A stretch of DNA of 64,000 nt from Candidatus Latescibacterota bacterium (GTDB taxonomy: Bacteria > Latescibacterota > UBA2968 > UBA8231): the NCBI GenBank assembly GCA_965204725.1, contig OZ242005.1, positions 192,001 through 256,000 of the forward strand, written 5' to 3'. The notes below the pieces were generated by a model that saw only the letters and a list, made by a program, of their open reading frames with translations, had not been told where the DNA came from and ran no database searches. The translations under genes were made by a program, and so were the position numbers. Shown here piece after piece: positions 1 through 10,100 of the stretch. Positions within the stretch are counted from its first letter, which is position 1. Each line of letters starts with the position of its first letter.

Positions 1-2
1 GC

Positions 3-767
3 ATGGGCACCATCAACCTGCTGGAGGCCATCCGCGAGCTAACGCCCGACCTGCACCGCTTGGTCTATGCTTCGACCGAGGCGATTTACTGGAGCAACCC
101 TTACAGCGGCCGCTGCTTTGAAGAGCCGATCCGCGAAGATCAGGTCGCCCGCTACCAGATGATGCCTTATTTCCTGACCAAGTGGATCGGCGAAGAGTTG
201 GTGATGAGCTATCACTTGCAGTTCGGGCTGCCATCGGTGACCACGCGCTTTGCCACGATCATTGAGCCGGGCGAATTCCTCAACGCAAACGGCTTGCCGC
301 CCCTGTTCTTGTTGGGGCCGATCTACGAGCGGTGCAAGGACCAAGAGGGGGCCTTTGCCGAGGAGATCAGGGCCCTGTGGACGGGCCAAGACCAATTCTT
401 GCTATCGCGGAATCCAGACGGGCGGCCCTATCGGCAGCAGTTTGCCGACGTGCGCGACATCGTCCAAGGGCTGGTATTGGCACTGGAGCGGGACGGGGCC
501 GTGGGCGAGATGTTCAATCTGGGCGGGGCCGCGCTGTTCGATTGGGGCGAGGCTGTCCCCTATCTCGCCGAGCGCTTCGGGCTGGAGTTCGTGGAGGCGC
601 GACGACCGGATTGGAACTTTTTCGAGCTGGATTTGACGAACATCAAGGAAAAGCTGGGGTTTGTGCCCGAGCACGACTTGGCGAGCATACTCGATGCGGC
701 CGAGGCCATGCGGCGCGGAGAGGACGTGGGGATTATACCGACGGGGGTGCCCTTTGGGAAGGCGTAA
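3..767 (+). CDS. NAD-dependent epimerase/dehydratase (extended SDR), 5'-truncated by window edge
   Basis: GTINLLEA, VYASTEAIY, YxxxK (YFLTK), DVRDIVQG and FNLGG motifs; the N-terminal GxxGxxG lies outside the window. Confidence 0.85.
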   Translation: MGTINLLEAIRELTPDLHRLVYASTEAIYWSNPYSGRCFEEPIREDQVARYQMMPYFLTKWIGEELVMSYHLQFGLPSVTTRFATIIEPGEFLNANGLPPLFLLGPIYERCKDQEGAFAEEIRALWTGQDQFLLSRNPDGRPYRQQFADVRDIVQGLVLALERDGAVGEMFNLGGAALFDWGEAVPYLAERFGLEFVEARRPDWNFFELDLTNIKEKLGFVPEHDLASILDAAEAMRRGEDVGIIPTGVPFGKA

Positions 768-826
768 TCACCCATATCGTGGGTGATTTTCACCCATGTC
801 GCGGGTGATTTTCACCCATATCGTGG
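766..826. repeat. Tandem array of 22-bp palindromic units (about 2.7 copies), REP-like
   Basis: Unit TCACCCATATCGTGGGTGATTT at 768-789, a variant at 790-811 and a partial copy at 812-826; each full unit is a TCACCC...GGGTGA hairpin. Confidence 0.9.
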
Positions 827-868
827 AGCGGCATCTGCATGCGTTCCTCACTAACGACGGAGGACAAA

Positions 869-1999
869 ATGAAAATTACTGATTTGCAGGTGATGCGGAT
901 GGGATCGGAGGGTGCGAACAATTGGACGTTTGTAAAAATTGAGACGGACGCCGGGATTTGCGGGTGGGGCGAGGCCAGTTTGCAGTTTAAGGACGACGGA
1001 TTGATCGGCGAGTTTGCGGCGTTCAAGCGTTTTCTGCTAGGCAAAAATCCGTTTGAAATCGAGCGGATCTGGACTTCCCTGTATCGGCGGGTGACGTGGT
1101 CGGGTGGGCCGGTGACGACGAGCGCGATTAGTGCGATTGATCTGGCGTTGTGGGACATCAAAGGCAAAGCCTTGGGCGTCCCCGTGTACGAATTGCTAGG
1201 CGGAAGATCGCACGACAAAATTCGCATGTACGCCAATGGGTGGCCGCGAAAGAACAACACGCCTGAAGGGATTGCCGAGGGCGTAAAACGGGTGGTCGAT
1301 CAGGGCTATGAAGCGTTGAAGTTTTACCCTTTTCGCGGCGCACAGGTGGCGACGATCGCACGGATTCAGCACGGGATCGTCCTCGTGGAAGCGGCGCGCA
1401 AAGCGGCCGGGTCGCAAATTGAAATAGGGATTGACATTCGCGCGCGATTGAATATGTGGAGCGCACGGCGGGTGGCGCAGGAATTGGAACCTTATAACAT
1501 TGCGTGGATGGAAGAGCCGATTTTGTGGGACAATCCACACGCGCTGGCGCAATTTGCCCACGAGGTGAATGTGCCCATTGCGACCGGGGAACAGTTGTAC
1601 ACGCGCTGGGAATTTCGCGAACTATTGGAGCTAAACGCGGTCGGGCTTATTCAGCCGGATATTTGCCATGCCGGCGGCATCACTGAATTGAAGAAAATTG
1701 CCGCCATGGCCGAAACCTATTACGTGCCAATAGCACCCCACAACTCCAACGGGCCGATTTCAACCATCGCCAGCCTGCATTTAGATATGTGCATTCACAA
1801 CAGTTTGATGCAGGAAATTTTTGTGTCGTCTATTGAGCGGTACAACAAGGTGCTCACCCAGCCGATTGAAGTAACCGATGGACATTGTGTGCCACCTGAA
1901 GGGCCGGGTTGGGGCGTGGAGTTGCAAGAAGACGTCGTGGCGCAACATCCTCCTAAGTCGTTTACGCCGATTGAGTCTGAACCCTACATGGAATTTTAG
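869..1999 (+). CDS. Mandelate racemase/enolase superfamily acid-sugar dehydratase (galactonate dehydratase-like)
   Basis: GWGEA, SAIDLALWDIKGKALGVPVYELLGG, EEP, ATGE, QPDICHAGGITE, APHN; RBS GGAGG before ATG at 869. Confidence 0.9.
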   Translation: MKITDLQVMRMGSEGANNWTFVKIETDAGICGWGEASLQFKDDGLIGEFAAFKRFLLGKNPFEIERIWTSLYRRVTWSGGPVTTSAISAIDLALWDIKGKALGVPVYELLGGRSHDKIRMYANGWPRKNNTPEGIAEGVKRVVDQGYEALKFYPFRGAQVATIARIQHGIVLVEAARKAAGSQIEIGIDIRARLNMWSARRVAQELEPYNIAWMEEPILWDNPHALAQFAHEVNVPIATGEQLYTRWEFRELLELNAVGLIQPDICHAGGITELKKIAAMAETYYVPIAPHNSNGPISTIASLHLDMCIHNSLMQEIFVSSIERYNKVLTQPIEVTDGHCVPPEGPGWGVELQEDVVAQHPPKSFTPIESEPYMEF

Positions 2000-2081
2000 A
2001 GCAACTCGACTTTTCGGCTTTGGTGCATAAATCGGCGGTTTTTTGCTGTTGAACAAAGACAATTTTCAATGTCGATACGGC

Positions 2082-3044
2082 TTACGTTTTCGCCGCGATC
2101 TCGGCCGCCTCAATCTGATCCACGAGCGCAACCGAGTGTATCACGTCGCGGATGTCGGTAATCGGCGGCCGGTTTTCAACCACGCAATCCACAAAGTGCT
2201 CGTGCATGGTCAAAACCCCTTCGTAGCAAGGCACGTCGTCTGGGGGCATCCCGTCGATTTCCCAGCCGCCGAGGGTGCGGACTTGGTTGTCCTCGTGGAT
2301 TTCGATTTCACCGGGAATTTTCATGTAGCAGCCAATGCCCACGCCGTGTAGCTCCGAGCGCAACACCCGCCCGCCCGAGGCGCGGTTGCCGAGCATCACG
2401 CCGGTCGCGCGGTTGTCAAAGCGCACCAGCGCGGTGTAGTGGTCGAAACCCGCGCCGCCGAATTGGTCTTGGTACGCGGTGACCTCCACCGGCTCGCCGC
2501 CAGCCATGTAGCGCAGGAGATCGACGATGTGGATCAGGTCGTTCCACAAGGTGGTGGTGAACTCGTCGCCGCGCTGGGGGAGCTGTTTGTTGAAGGTCGT
2601 CGTCGCCAGCGACACGGGGCCTTTAGCCGCAACCAGACGCATGGCTTCGCGGGTGACGGCCGCGTAGCGGCGCTGGAGACCCACCATCACCCAGACGCCG
2701 CGGCGCTCGGCCGCCGCCAAAATCGCCCGGGTCTCGTCGCTGTTGGCCCCCGGCGGCTTTTCGATAAACAGGTGCTTGCCGGCCTCGATGCAGTCGAGGG
2801 CGGGCCGCAGCAGCCACTGCTCGTTCATCACGCAATAGACCAAGTCCGGGTCGATCTCGTCGAGCAGGGCGCGGTGATCGCGGTAGGTGCGCGTAAAGCC
2901 GTATTTTTCCGCTACTTGCGCGAGGCGTTGCTCGTCCAATTCGCACACCGCGGCCATCTGCACTCGGTCGGCGAGGCGCTGGACCGACGGGTAGTGGGCG
3001 CTCTGGGCGCGGCCTCCCGCGCCGATGAATCCCGCTTTAAGCAT
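2082..3044 (-). CDS. Gfo/Idh/MocA family oxidoreductase
   Basis: GFIGAGG, FIEKP, DLIHIVD; start at 3044 overlaps the stop of the upstream gene. Confidence 0.9.
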   Translation of the reverse strand: MLKAGFIGAGGRAQSAHYPSVQRLADRVQMAAVCELDEQRLAQVAEKYGFTRTYRDHRALLDEIDPDLVYCVMNEQWLLRPALDCIEAGKHLFIEKPPGANSDETRAILAAAERRGVWVMVGLQRRYAAVTREAMRLVAAKGPVSLATTTFNKQLPQRGDEFTTTLWNDLIHIVDLLRYMAGGEPVEVTAYQDQFGGAGFDHYTALVRFDNRATGVMLGNRASGGRVLRSELHGVGIGCYMKIPGEIEIHEDNQVRTLGGWEIDGMPPDDVPCYEGVLTMHEHFVDCVVENRPPITDIRDVIHSVALVDQIEAAEIAAKT

Positions 3045-3876
3045 GACCTTCCCCCCTCTGGCACAAAGCCGCAAAAAAGCGCACATCAATGCGCGCCAAG
3101 TCGATAACGGTCTCAACCGGCTCGCCGCTGTACTCGCTGTGGAAACTAACCGGGCCGGTAAAATCCAGCCGCTTTAAGGTCTCGACGACTGCGGGCCAAT
3201 CGACAAAGCCCTGCCCCAGGCGCACGACGCCCGTGGTGGGCGCGCCCTGCCGAGCGATGCCCAAAGGCCGCTGGTGAACCAAATCCTTAAACGCGACCAG
3301 ACACAAGTGCGAGCGCACAATGTCGAGGGCCATGGCGATCGGCTCGCCGCACAGCGCCAAGTGCCCCGGATCGGCGAAGATGCCCACGTATTGCGGGTCG
3401 CAGTCGCGGACGATGTTCATGGCGGCGCAGGCATTAAGGCCCATAGACGCGCCCGAATGATTGTGAATGGCGGTTTTGACGCCGTACTTTTCCGACAGCG
3501 CTTGAAACCCCTGCACCCAGCCGCGCACCTCGTCTAACTGCGTCCAATAGGGCACGTCCGGCTGCCAGTGCCAGTAGCCGAGCTTGACGTGGGCCACGCC
3601 CGCCGCGCCCAAGGCCGCGTAATACCGTTCCGCGTAGTCAAGGTCCGGGCGGTTGAAGTCGCCCGGGGCCGTGACCAAGGGGATGCAGAGGCCCGCGTCG
3701 GCAAAGCGGCGCACGGCCTCCGGCAGGGCCGTGGCCACATTGGCCGGGTTGACTGGGTAGCCATCGCGCACGCATAAATCGGCCCCTTCGACGCCAATGG
3801 AGTGCAAAGCGTCGATGAGTTGCGGAACATCAAGGCCCTCTAAGTGCTTGGTAAATGCGATATACGTCCGGTCCAC
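3037..3876 (-). CDS. Sugar phosphate isomerase/epimerase (xylose isomerase-like TIM barrel)
   Basis: IHNH, DPGH, AFKD, LGQGFVDW, HSEY motifs. Confidence 0.85.
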   Translation of the reverse strand: MDRTYIAFTKHLEGLDVPQLIDALHSIGVEGADLCVRDGYPVNPANVATALPEAVRRFADAGLCIPLVTAPGDFNRPDLDYAERYYAALGAAGVAHVKLGYWHWQPDVPYWTQLDEVRGWVQGFQALSEKYGVKTAIHNHSGASMGLNACAAMNIVRDCDPQYVGIFADPGHLALCGEPIAMALDIVRSHLCLVAFKDLVHQRPLGIARQGAPTTGVVRLGQGFVDWPAVVETLKRLDFTGPVSFHSEYSGEPVETVIDLARIDVRFFAALCQRGEGHA

Positions 3877-3968
3877 GATTTGCTCCTTTCTCTATTGTTT
3901 GACAAAGCCTCGTAAGGGTATCAAAATATCGACCCAATGCCAACCAATTAAACGGAGCCTGTCGCACT

Positions 3969-4901
3969 ATGGAAGCAATCAAAATGGAACCCAGTTCTCC
4001 CATTGAGGTCCCCAAGCCGCTCGCCGCCGCCCAAGTGCAGTCCTTTGTTGACGACGGCTACCTCGTCGTGCCGGGTCTGATGGACCAAGCCGAGCTCGCC
4101 GAGCTCAAACGCGATCTCCTCGCTGTGGCGCGTGGCCGCTACGAGTGCGACAACATCGAGCCGGTCGATCCCACCACGAGCGATCAAGCGGTGCTGGAAA
4201 GCATCCTCTGTATCCACCAGCCGCACTACGTCAGTCCAGTCATCGAAAAGTACGTCCGCCACCCCAAGATATGCGGCATCCTGAGCCAGATCACGGCCGC
4301 GCACCTGCCCTTTTGGGATGGCAGCGTCAAGTGCATGCAGTCCATGTACTTCGTCAAGCCGCCCAACTTTCAGGGGCAGGCTTGGCACCAAGACGAGATC
4401 TACATCCCCACCCGGGATCGCTCGCTTATTGGCGCGTGGATCGCCGTGGATGACGCCACCGTAGGAAACGGCTGCCTATACGTCATTCCGGGGTCGCACC
4501 GGCCCGGATACCTCTACCCGCAGCGGCCCCACGAAAACCCGGACGAGTTCGACTTTGCGCCGGAGAGCTACGGCTTTGACGAGCGCGTCGAGGTTCCGGT
4601 TGAAGTGCGCGCCGGGACCCTCGTATTCTTCAACGGCTATCTCCTCCACCGCTCGTACAAGAACCGAGGCTCGACCTATCGCCGCGTCTTGGTCAACCAC
4701 TACTGCAACGCTTGGAGCCTGTTGCCTTGGAGCCTTGAAGAGGGCGAGTCGCCCGCCCGCGCCGACCGGCGCACCATCGTACCCGTGGCCGGCATTGACC
4801 CCTATGCTTGGAAGGGCTATCAAACACCGGCCAAGTCCGTGGGGCTGCGGCACTGCAAGGCCATCGACGAAATCCGCGCCGACCGCACGGAGGACGCATG
4901 A
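3969..4901 (+). CDS. Phytanoyl-CoA dioxygenase (PhyH) family Fe(II)/2OG oxygenase
   Basis: DGYLVV, WHQD, WIAVDDATVGNGCLYVIPGSH, LLHRS. Confidence 0.92.
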   Translation: MEAIKMEPSSPIEVPKPLAAAQVQSFVDDGYLVVPGLMDQAELAELKRDLLAVARGRYECDNIEPVDPTTSDQAVLESILCIHQPHYVSPVIEKYVRHPKICGILSQITAAHLPFWDGSVKCMQSMYFVKPPNFQGQAWHQDEIYIPTRDRSLIGAWIAVDDATVGNGCLYVIPGSHRPGYLYPQRPHENPDEFDFAPESYGFDERVEVPVEVRAGTLVFFNGYLLHRSYKNRGSTYRRVLVNHYCNAWSLLPWSLEEGESPARADRRTIVPVAGIDPYAWKGYQTPAKSVGLRHCKAIDEIRADRTEDA

Positions 4902-4963
4902 AAGGCACCCCGGTCAAGCTGAAGGCTCTGAAATATGTCGGGTTGAAATCCGATTGAGCGCTG

Positions 4964-6994
4964 CTATCGGCTTGGGCCAGAACCACTGCGGCCACTCCGT
5001 CGCGGAGTTCGGCGATGCCGGCGGCGAAAGCGGGCCAAGTCTTCGGCAAAACGAGGCTCATCCGGTAGAAGTTCCCGCGCCTTTTGAAAGGCGGACTCCA
5101 CTTCACTCCGAGGGGCACGGAGCCAGTCGAGGGTACGGGCGAGTTCGCGCCACGCCCAAGCATGGCGAGCGGGCGAGGCGTCCATCTGGATCACGCGCCC
5201 CAACAATTCCCGAGCTTCGACGAGAAGGCGTCGGTTCACTTCCCGCCACGATGGCTTTTTTTTCCGCATGACCTGTTGCGCCAGTCCAATTTTGGTCTGG
5301 GCGAACTCGAGAAGCGCCCGGGAATCATTCAAGACTACATGGCCCGCTTGCTTGAAATAACGATGCGCGGCCTGCTGATCGCCCAAGCGGTAGGCCAGAA
5401 TCGCCGTGTCAATGGCGTCCTGCGCTGAGACCACTTCGGACAGACTGCCGAGCAGCCGCCGGGCATCGTCTCCTCTCCCACCCGCGAGGAGAGCCTCGAT
5501 CAGCGTATTCGCCACGTAGGCGCGAGCAATCTGTGGCCCTCGCTCCTGGAATCTGGCAAATACGGCTTCGGCATCTTCCAATTGGCCTTGGGCCGCGTGT
5601 AGGCGAATCATCTCAATCGCCAGAATCGCAGACGCTTCGTTTGCCTCCCAAGCCCTTTGCACTCGGTTGAAGGCCTCTCTGGCACTCCCAACGGCGCTGA
5701 GATAGGCGGCATCCTGTATGGCTGAAACAGCCGCGTACTCTGGATGCGCTGGCAGCGTCACCCGGAAATAGGTTCGACCGGCGTCAAAATCGAACCTCGG
5801 AGTCGGCGATCCGTTTTGCTCCATCGCGTCGTAGATTTGCGGCAACCCCGTCAGGCGTCCCTCCGCAAGTTTGAGTTCCTTGAGGAACTCGCCTATTCGC
5901 CGGCTGCGAGCCGGAACCGGCGGTACGGAGCCGCCCGGCACTAGATGATCTTCCTCAATACCGGAAACCGGGCCGGGATAGCTGATCACTTCAATGCGGT
6001 CGGGATAGAGATACACCTTGGTCGGCTCGACTATATTCTTATCGTAACCCCGATGATAGACGGCGTTGACGATCGCCTCCCGCAAGGCGATTTGTGGGTA
6101 ACTGACCCACCCCCGCACTTGGCTGCGGTCGCGCTCCTTTTGTAGGTGGGTGTGCGAAAAATGCGCTAGATAGTTCAGGCACCCCCTCACCTGATCGGCG
6201 AGCGGGCCGCGAAAAGAACGCTCGGCCTGAACGCTTCCGGCGCGATCTCCTGCAAACTGAACTACTTCGATTTTTGCACCCGCAAACCAACGCTCAGGGT
6301 CTTCAGAAAAGAACAGCAGGCCGACGTTGCGAGGGACCTCGTGGTCGTTGACGGCTTTGGTTAGACGCATCCTCCGGTAGATTTCGAGGGGGTCCAGTGG
6401 CTTGCTTGCGTGGATAAGACCACTTCCCATGTCGTGCAAGTGCTCCCGCACTTTGATTGCTCGCAGATCCTCAACTTGCGCATCCGATGCTACCCGATCG
6501 TCCCAAGGAACACGGGCCGTTTGTTCGAGGAGCATTCCCAACTGGCCGCTCGTTTCTGCATCAACAGTAGCAGACCCCACCCGTATCCAGTACTTCCAGT
6601 TTCCCTTTGCATCCGGTGCGCGGTGGGGCCGATTTTCGCTGGCTGGGACCCATAAGACGAGGACGAGCCGGTCCGCTACCAATTCGGGAGAAAAGATGGG
6701 ATCGTACGATGGTCTCATGGCCTTGCAGCGGCCACGCAGCCACTTTTCCGCCCGCTCCACATCTTCGGCTCCAAGTCCGGCCGGCGGCAGCACCGCTTGA
6801 CCATTCTGTTCGGCGACCCCCATGACGATATAGCCACCGTTCAGATTCTGGTAGTCGTTTGCGAACGCGCAAACGGTCCTTAGAACTTGGCTTCCCGTGT
6901 GTTCGCTCCAGCTTGCCTTGAACTCCACGCGGGCCGATTCTACGGAGCGTTGGTGCAGAAGGTCATCGAGATTGACGGGCAGGATGGTGCTCAT
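4964..6994 (-). CDS. Schlafen/AlbA_2 domain + HATPase_c_4-like domain + C-terminal TPR-like helical region
   Basis: ESARVEFK...VCAFAN..GGYIVMGV (AlbA_2); ALREAIVNAVYHRGY, DRIEVISYPG, AEGRLTGL (HATPase_c_4-like); Ala-rich helical repeats. Confidence 0.82.
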   Translation of the reverse strand: MSTILPVNLDDLLHQRSVESARVEFKASWSEHTGSQVLRTVCAFANDYQNLNGGYIVMGVAEQNGQAVLPPAGLGAEDVERAEKWLRGRCKAMRPSYDPIFSPELVADRLVLVLWVPASENRPHRAPDAKGNWKYWIRVGSATVDAETSGQLGMLLEQTARVPWDDRVASDAQVEDLRAIKVREHLHDMGSGLIHASKPLDPLEIYRRMRLTKAVNDHEVPRNVGLLFFSEDPERWFAGAKIEVVQFAGDRAGSVQAERSFRGPLADQVRGCLNYLAHFSHTHLQKERDRSQVRGWVSYPQIALREAIVNAVYHRGYDKNIVEPTKVYLYPDRIEVISYPGPVSGIEEDHLVPGGSVPPVPARSRRIGEFLKELKLAEGRLTGLPQIYDAMEQNGSPTPRFDFDAGRTYFRVTLPAHPEYAAVSAIQDAAYLSAVGSAREAFNRVQRAWEANEASAILAIEMIRLHAAQGQLEDAEAVFARFQERGPQIARAYVANTLIEALLAGGRGDDARRLLGSLSEVVSAQDAIDTAILAYRLGDQQAAHRYFKQAGHVVLNDSRALLEFAQTKIGLAQQVMRKKKPSWREVNRRLLVEARELLGRVIQMDASPARHAWAWRELARTLDWLRAPRSEVESAFQKARELLPDEPRFAEDLARFRRRHRRTPRRSGRSGSGPSR

Positions 6995-7142
6995 TGAGCG
7001 GACATCCCTTTACGCGGGTTGGTATCGCTATACATACAAAAGGATAATATGCCAGCGTCTAAGAGGCGCAAGTCCAAGCCGAAATCGACGCGGTGCTGGG
7101 CATCGGCTAACTAACGCGAGGCCAGACCTGTCCACCGCGGCC

Positions 7143-10100
7143 CTACCTGAGCAGCACCATCTTTTCGACCCGAGAGATCGAGCCGGCTTGCAGCCGGTAG
7201 AAGTATATCCCCGACGCCAAGGGCTGCCCGTGGTCGTCGCGCCCGTCGTAGTTGACGGCGTAGTGGCCCGCTGACTGATGCTCGGCCACGAGGGTGCGGA
7301 CCACCTGCCCCAAGGCGTTGTGAACGGTCAACTGCACTGCGGCGGCTTGCGGCAGTCCGTACTGAATCGTCGTGGTGGGGTTGAACGGGTTGGGGTAGTT
7401 GGGGCCGAGGGCAAACTTGCCGATGGAGCCGACGCGCCCTTCGGTGGCGGTCATGGCCGATTGCGCGACCGGCGCGGCTTGGCTCTTCAGGGCGGCGTCC
7501 TGCTCGGTAAACGCGAATGCTTCCGGCAGCAGCACGGCCACGTCTTGCGCGCCTTGCGGATTGAGCCGCACCTCTGAGGATACGGCTTTGGGCCGAGCGG
7601 CCCCATTGGTGCCGGAGGTGATCCTAAGGTACGTCCGCTGGCCGCCGCACTCGGCGGCTACCGCCCAGCGAGTAGCCCGATAATCCAGCGTCTGCACGAG
7701 GGCACTGCCCACTGAAACGCCCGGAACCGCATCCACCCTAGCCCACGGGATGAACTCGGCACGGGGTTCGGCCAGCGCGACCACTCGGCCGTGCTCGTCG
7801 GCACTGTGAGTCATCCACACCTCGCGGTAAATGCGGTACGCGTCCACAGCGGCGTGTTCACTCGGCAGCGCCCACGTCAGCAGGACCGAGCCGCGCCAAC
7901 CGCCAGCGAGATCGGCCCCGAGGTAGTCTTCAGCGCGCACCCATTCGGGAGCGTCCCGGGGGCATCCAACCCTACAACCCGAGCCGGGATCCCCTGCCAC
8001 CCTTAAACAGGCGCGCTGGCCGCCGCACTCAGCGGCTACGGCCCAGCGAGTGGCCCGATAATCCAGCGTCTTCACGAGGGCACTGCCCACCGAAACGCCC
8101 GGAACCGCATCGATCCTAGCCCACGGGACGAACTCGGCGCGGGGCTGGTCCAGCGCGACCACCCGGCCGTGTTCATCGGCGCTGTGGGTCATCCGCACCT
8201 CGCGGTAAATGCGGTACGCGTCCAAGAGGGCGTGATTCCTCGACAACGCCCACGTCAGCAGGACCGAGCCATCCCAACCGCCAGCGCGGTCCGCGCCGAG
8301 GTAGTTTTCAGCACGCATCCAATCGGGAGCATCCAAACCCATCTGGACCGTTATGCTAAATGGCAGGGTGGCCGCATCGCCATCGGCATCGGTGGCCGCG
8401 TAGATACTTGTATAAGCGATCATCCGGCCCTCGTCACCCAAGACTGCGGGGGAGCCTTTCAACTGGCGAGAGTTGGCGTTGAACACCAAGCCGTCCGGCA
8501 GGTTCCGCAGACTATACGTCAGCGGGCCGTTGCCGCCGGTGGCGGCTGGCAGGGGCCGAGCAACCGCTTGGCAAGCGGTCGCCGTCAGCGGCTCAATCGT
8601 TGCGTCGCCAAAGGTCGGCTCTAGATCCGAGGGGACGATGGTGATAGTACAGAGCAGCGTCGCCGCATCGCCATCGGCGTCGGTGGCCATGTACGTGGCG
8701 ACGGTCGTGTCGGTCGCCGTCGCCGCACCGCCCAACTGCCGCTTCACCGCGTTGAACACCAAGCCATCCGGCAGGTTCAAAAAGCTATACGTCAGCGGAT
8801 CGTTGCCGCCGATAGCCTGCGGCAGCGTCCGTGGGGCAATCGCTCGGTCCACCTCGGCGAACAGATCGGCAAGCGTTGCGTCACCAAAGGTCGGCACTAG
8901 ATCCGGGGAAATGATGGTGATGGGAAACGGCAGGGTGGCTACATCGCCATCGGCGTCAATGGCCGCGTAGGTAGCGACGGTCGTGTCGGTCGCCATCGCC
9001 GCGCCAACCAACTGCCGCTTCACCGCGTTGAACACCAAGCTGTCCGGCAGATCCCACAGGCTATACCGCAGCGGGGGATCGCCGCCGGTGGCCGACGGCA
9101 GGGGCCAAACAACCGCTTGGTCCACTTCGGCGAACAGAGCGGGAATGCTCGCGTCGCCAAAGGACGGTTTTAGATCCGGGGGCGTGACCGTGATGGTGAA
9201 CAGCAACGAGTCGGCATCATAGTTGGCATCGCGAACCCGATAAATCATGGTCTCGGCACTGTCGGTTTCGGTGGTGGGAGTGCCCCGCAACTGGCGGGTG
9301 TCGGCGTGGAACATCAAGCTGTCCGGCAGGTTGCCGAGCAAGCTATAGGTCAGCGGGGGGTCGCCGCCGGTGGCCTTAGGCAGCTTCCGCGGGGCAATCG
9401 GTTGATGGACCTCGGCGACGAGGTCGGCAATCATCGCGGTGTCCGCGAAAGCCGGGAACCGATCCTCAAAGGAGGACGGCGGGACTGAGGAGACTGGGGG
9501 GACTGAGGAGACTGGGGGAGACGCGGCGGGAGGACCGACCACGTCGTTGTCGATGAGGCCGACGGTCATCTCAAGGGTGCGGCCATCGTAGTCCGCACCA
9601 CTTGCGGTAAACCTGAATGTCGCACGCCGACGAGGCCCAGCGTTGTACTCCGTGTCTTCTACCCCGGAAAACGTCACGTTCTGCTTGGTCTTCCAGTTCG
9701 ATGGCGTAAAACTCAACGACGTTTTATCCATGGTCACCAGCGTCGGATCCTGATTGGTGGTGAGGTTTATCGTGACATTCCCCTTGGGTTCGCTCGTTAT
9801 CCACACTTTTTGAGTAACGGTGCCGCCCTCGCGGACGCTCAAAGACGAGTCAAAAACGCGGATGTCCACCTGTTCATTATTTGCCACAACGACTCGCACC
9901 GTGCCGCTGACATTGTTGTAGTCCCCGCCGCTCGCAGTATGGGTAATCGTCGTCCGCCGTCCGAACTCATCGGCTACATCGTCATCAACCGCTGTCGCGG
10001 TGACCGTCTGCGCTGTATTCCAGTTCATTGTGGTGAAGGTCAAGCTCGAAGCTGACACCGTCGCCACGGTCTGGTCGCTGCTCGCCACCGCCACGGTGAC

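Noticed and set aside
766-826. Possible mini CRISPR array
   Set aside because: Units are contiguous with no spacers, and no cas genes are present.
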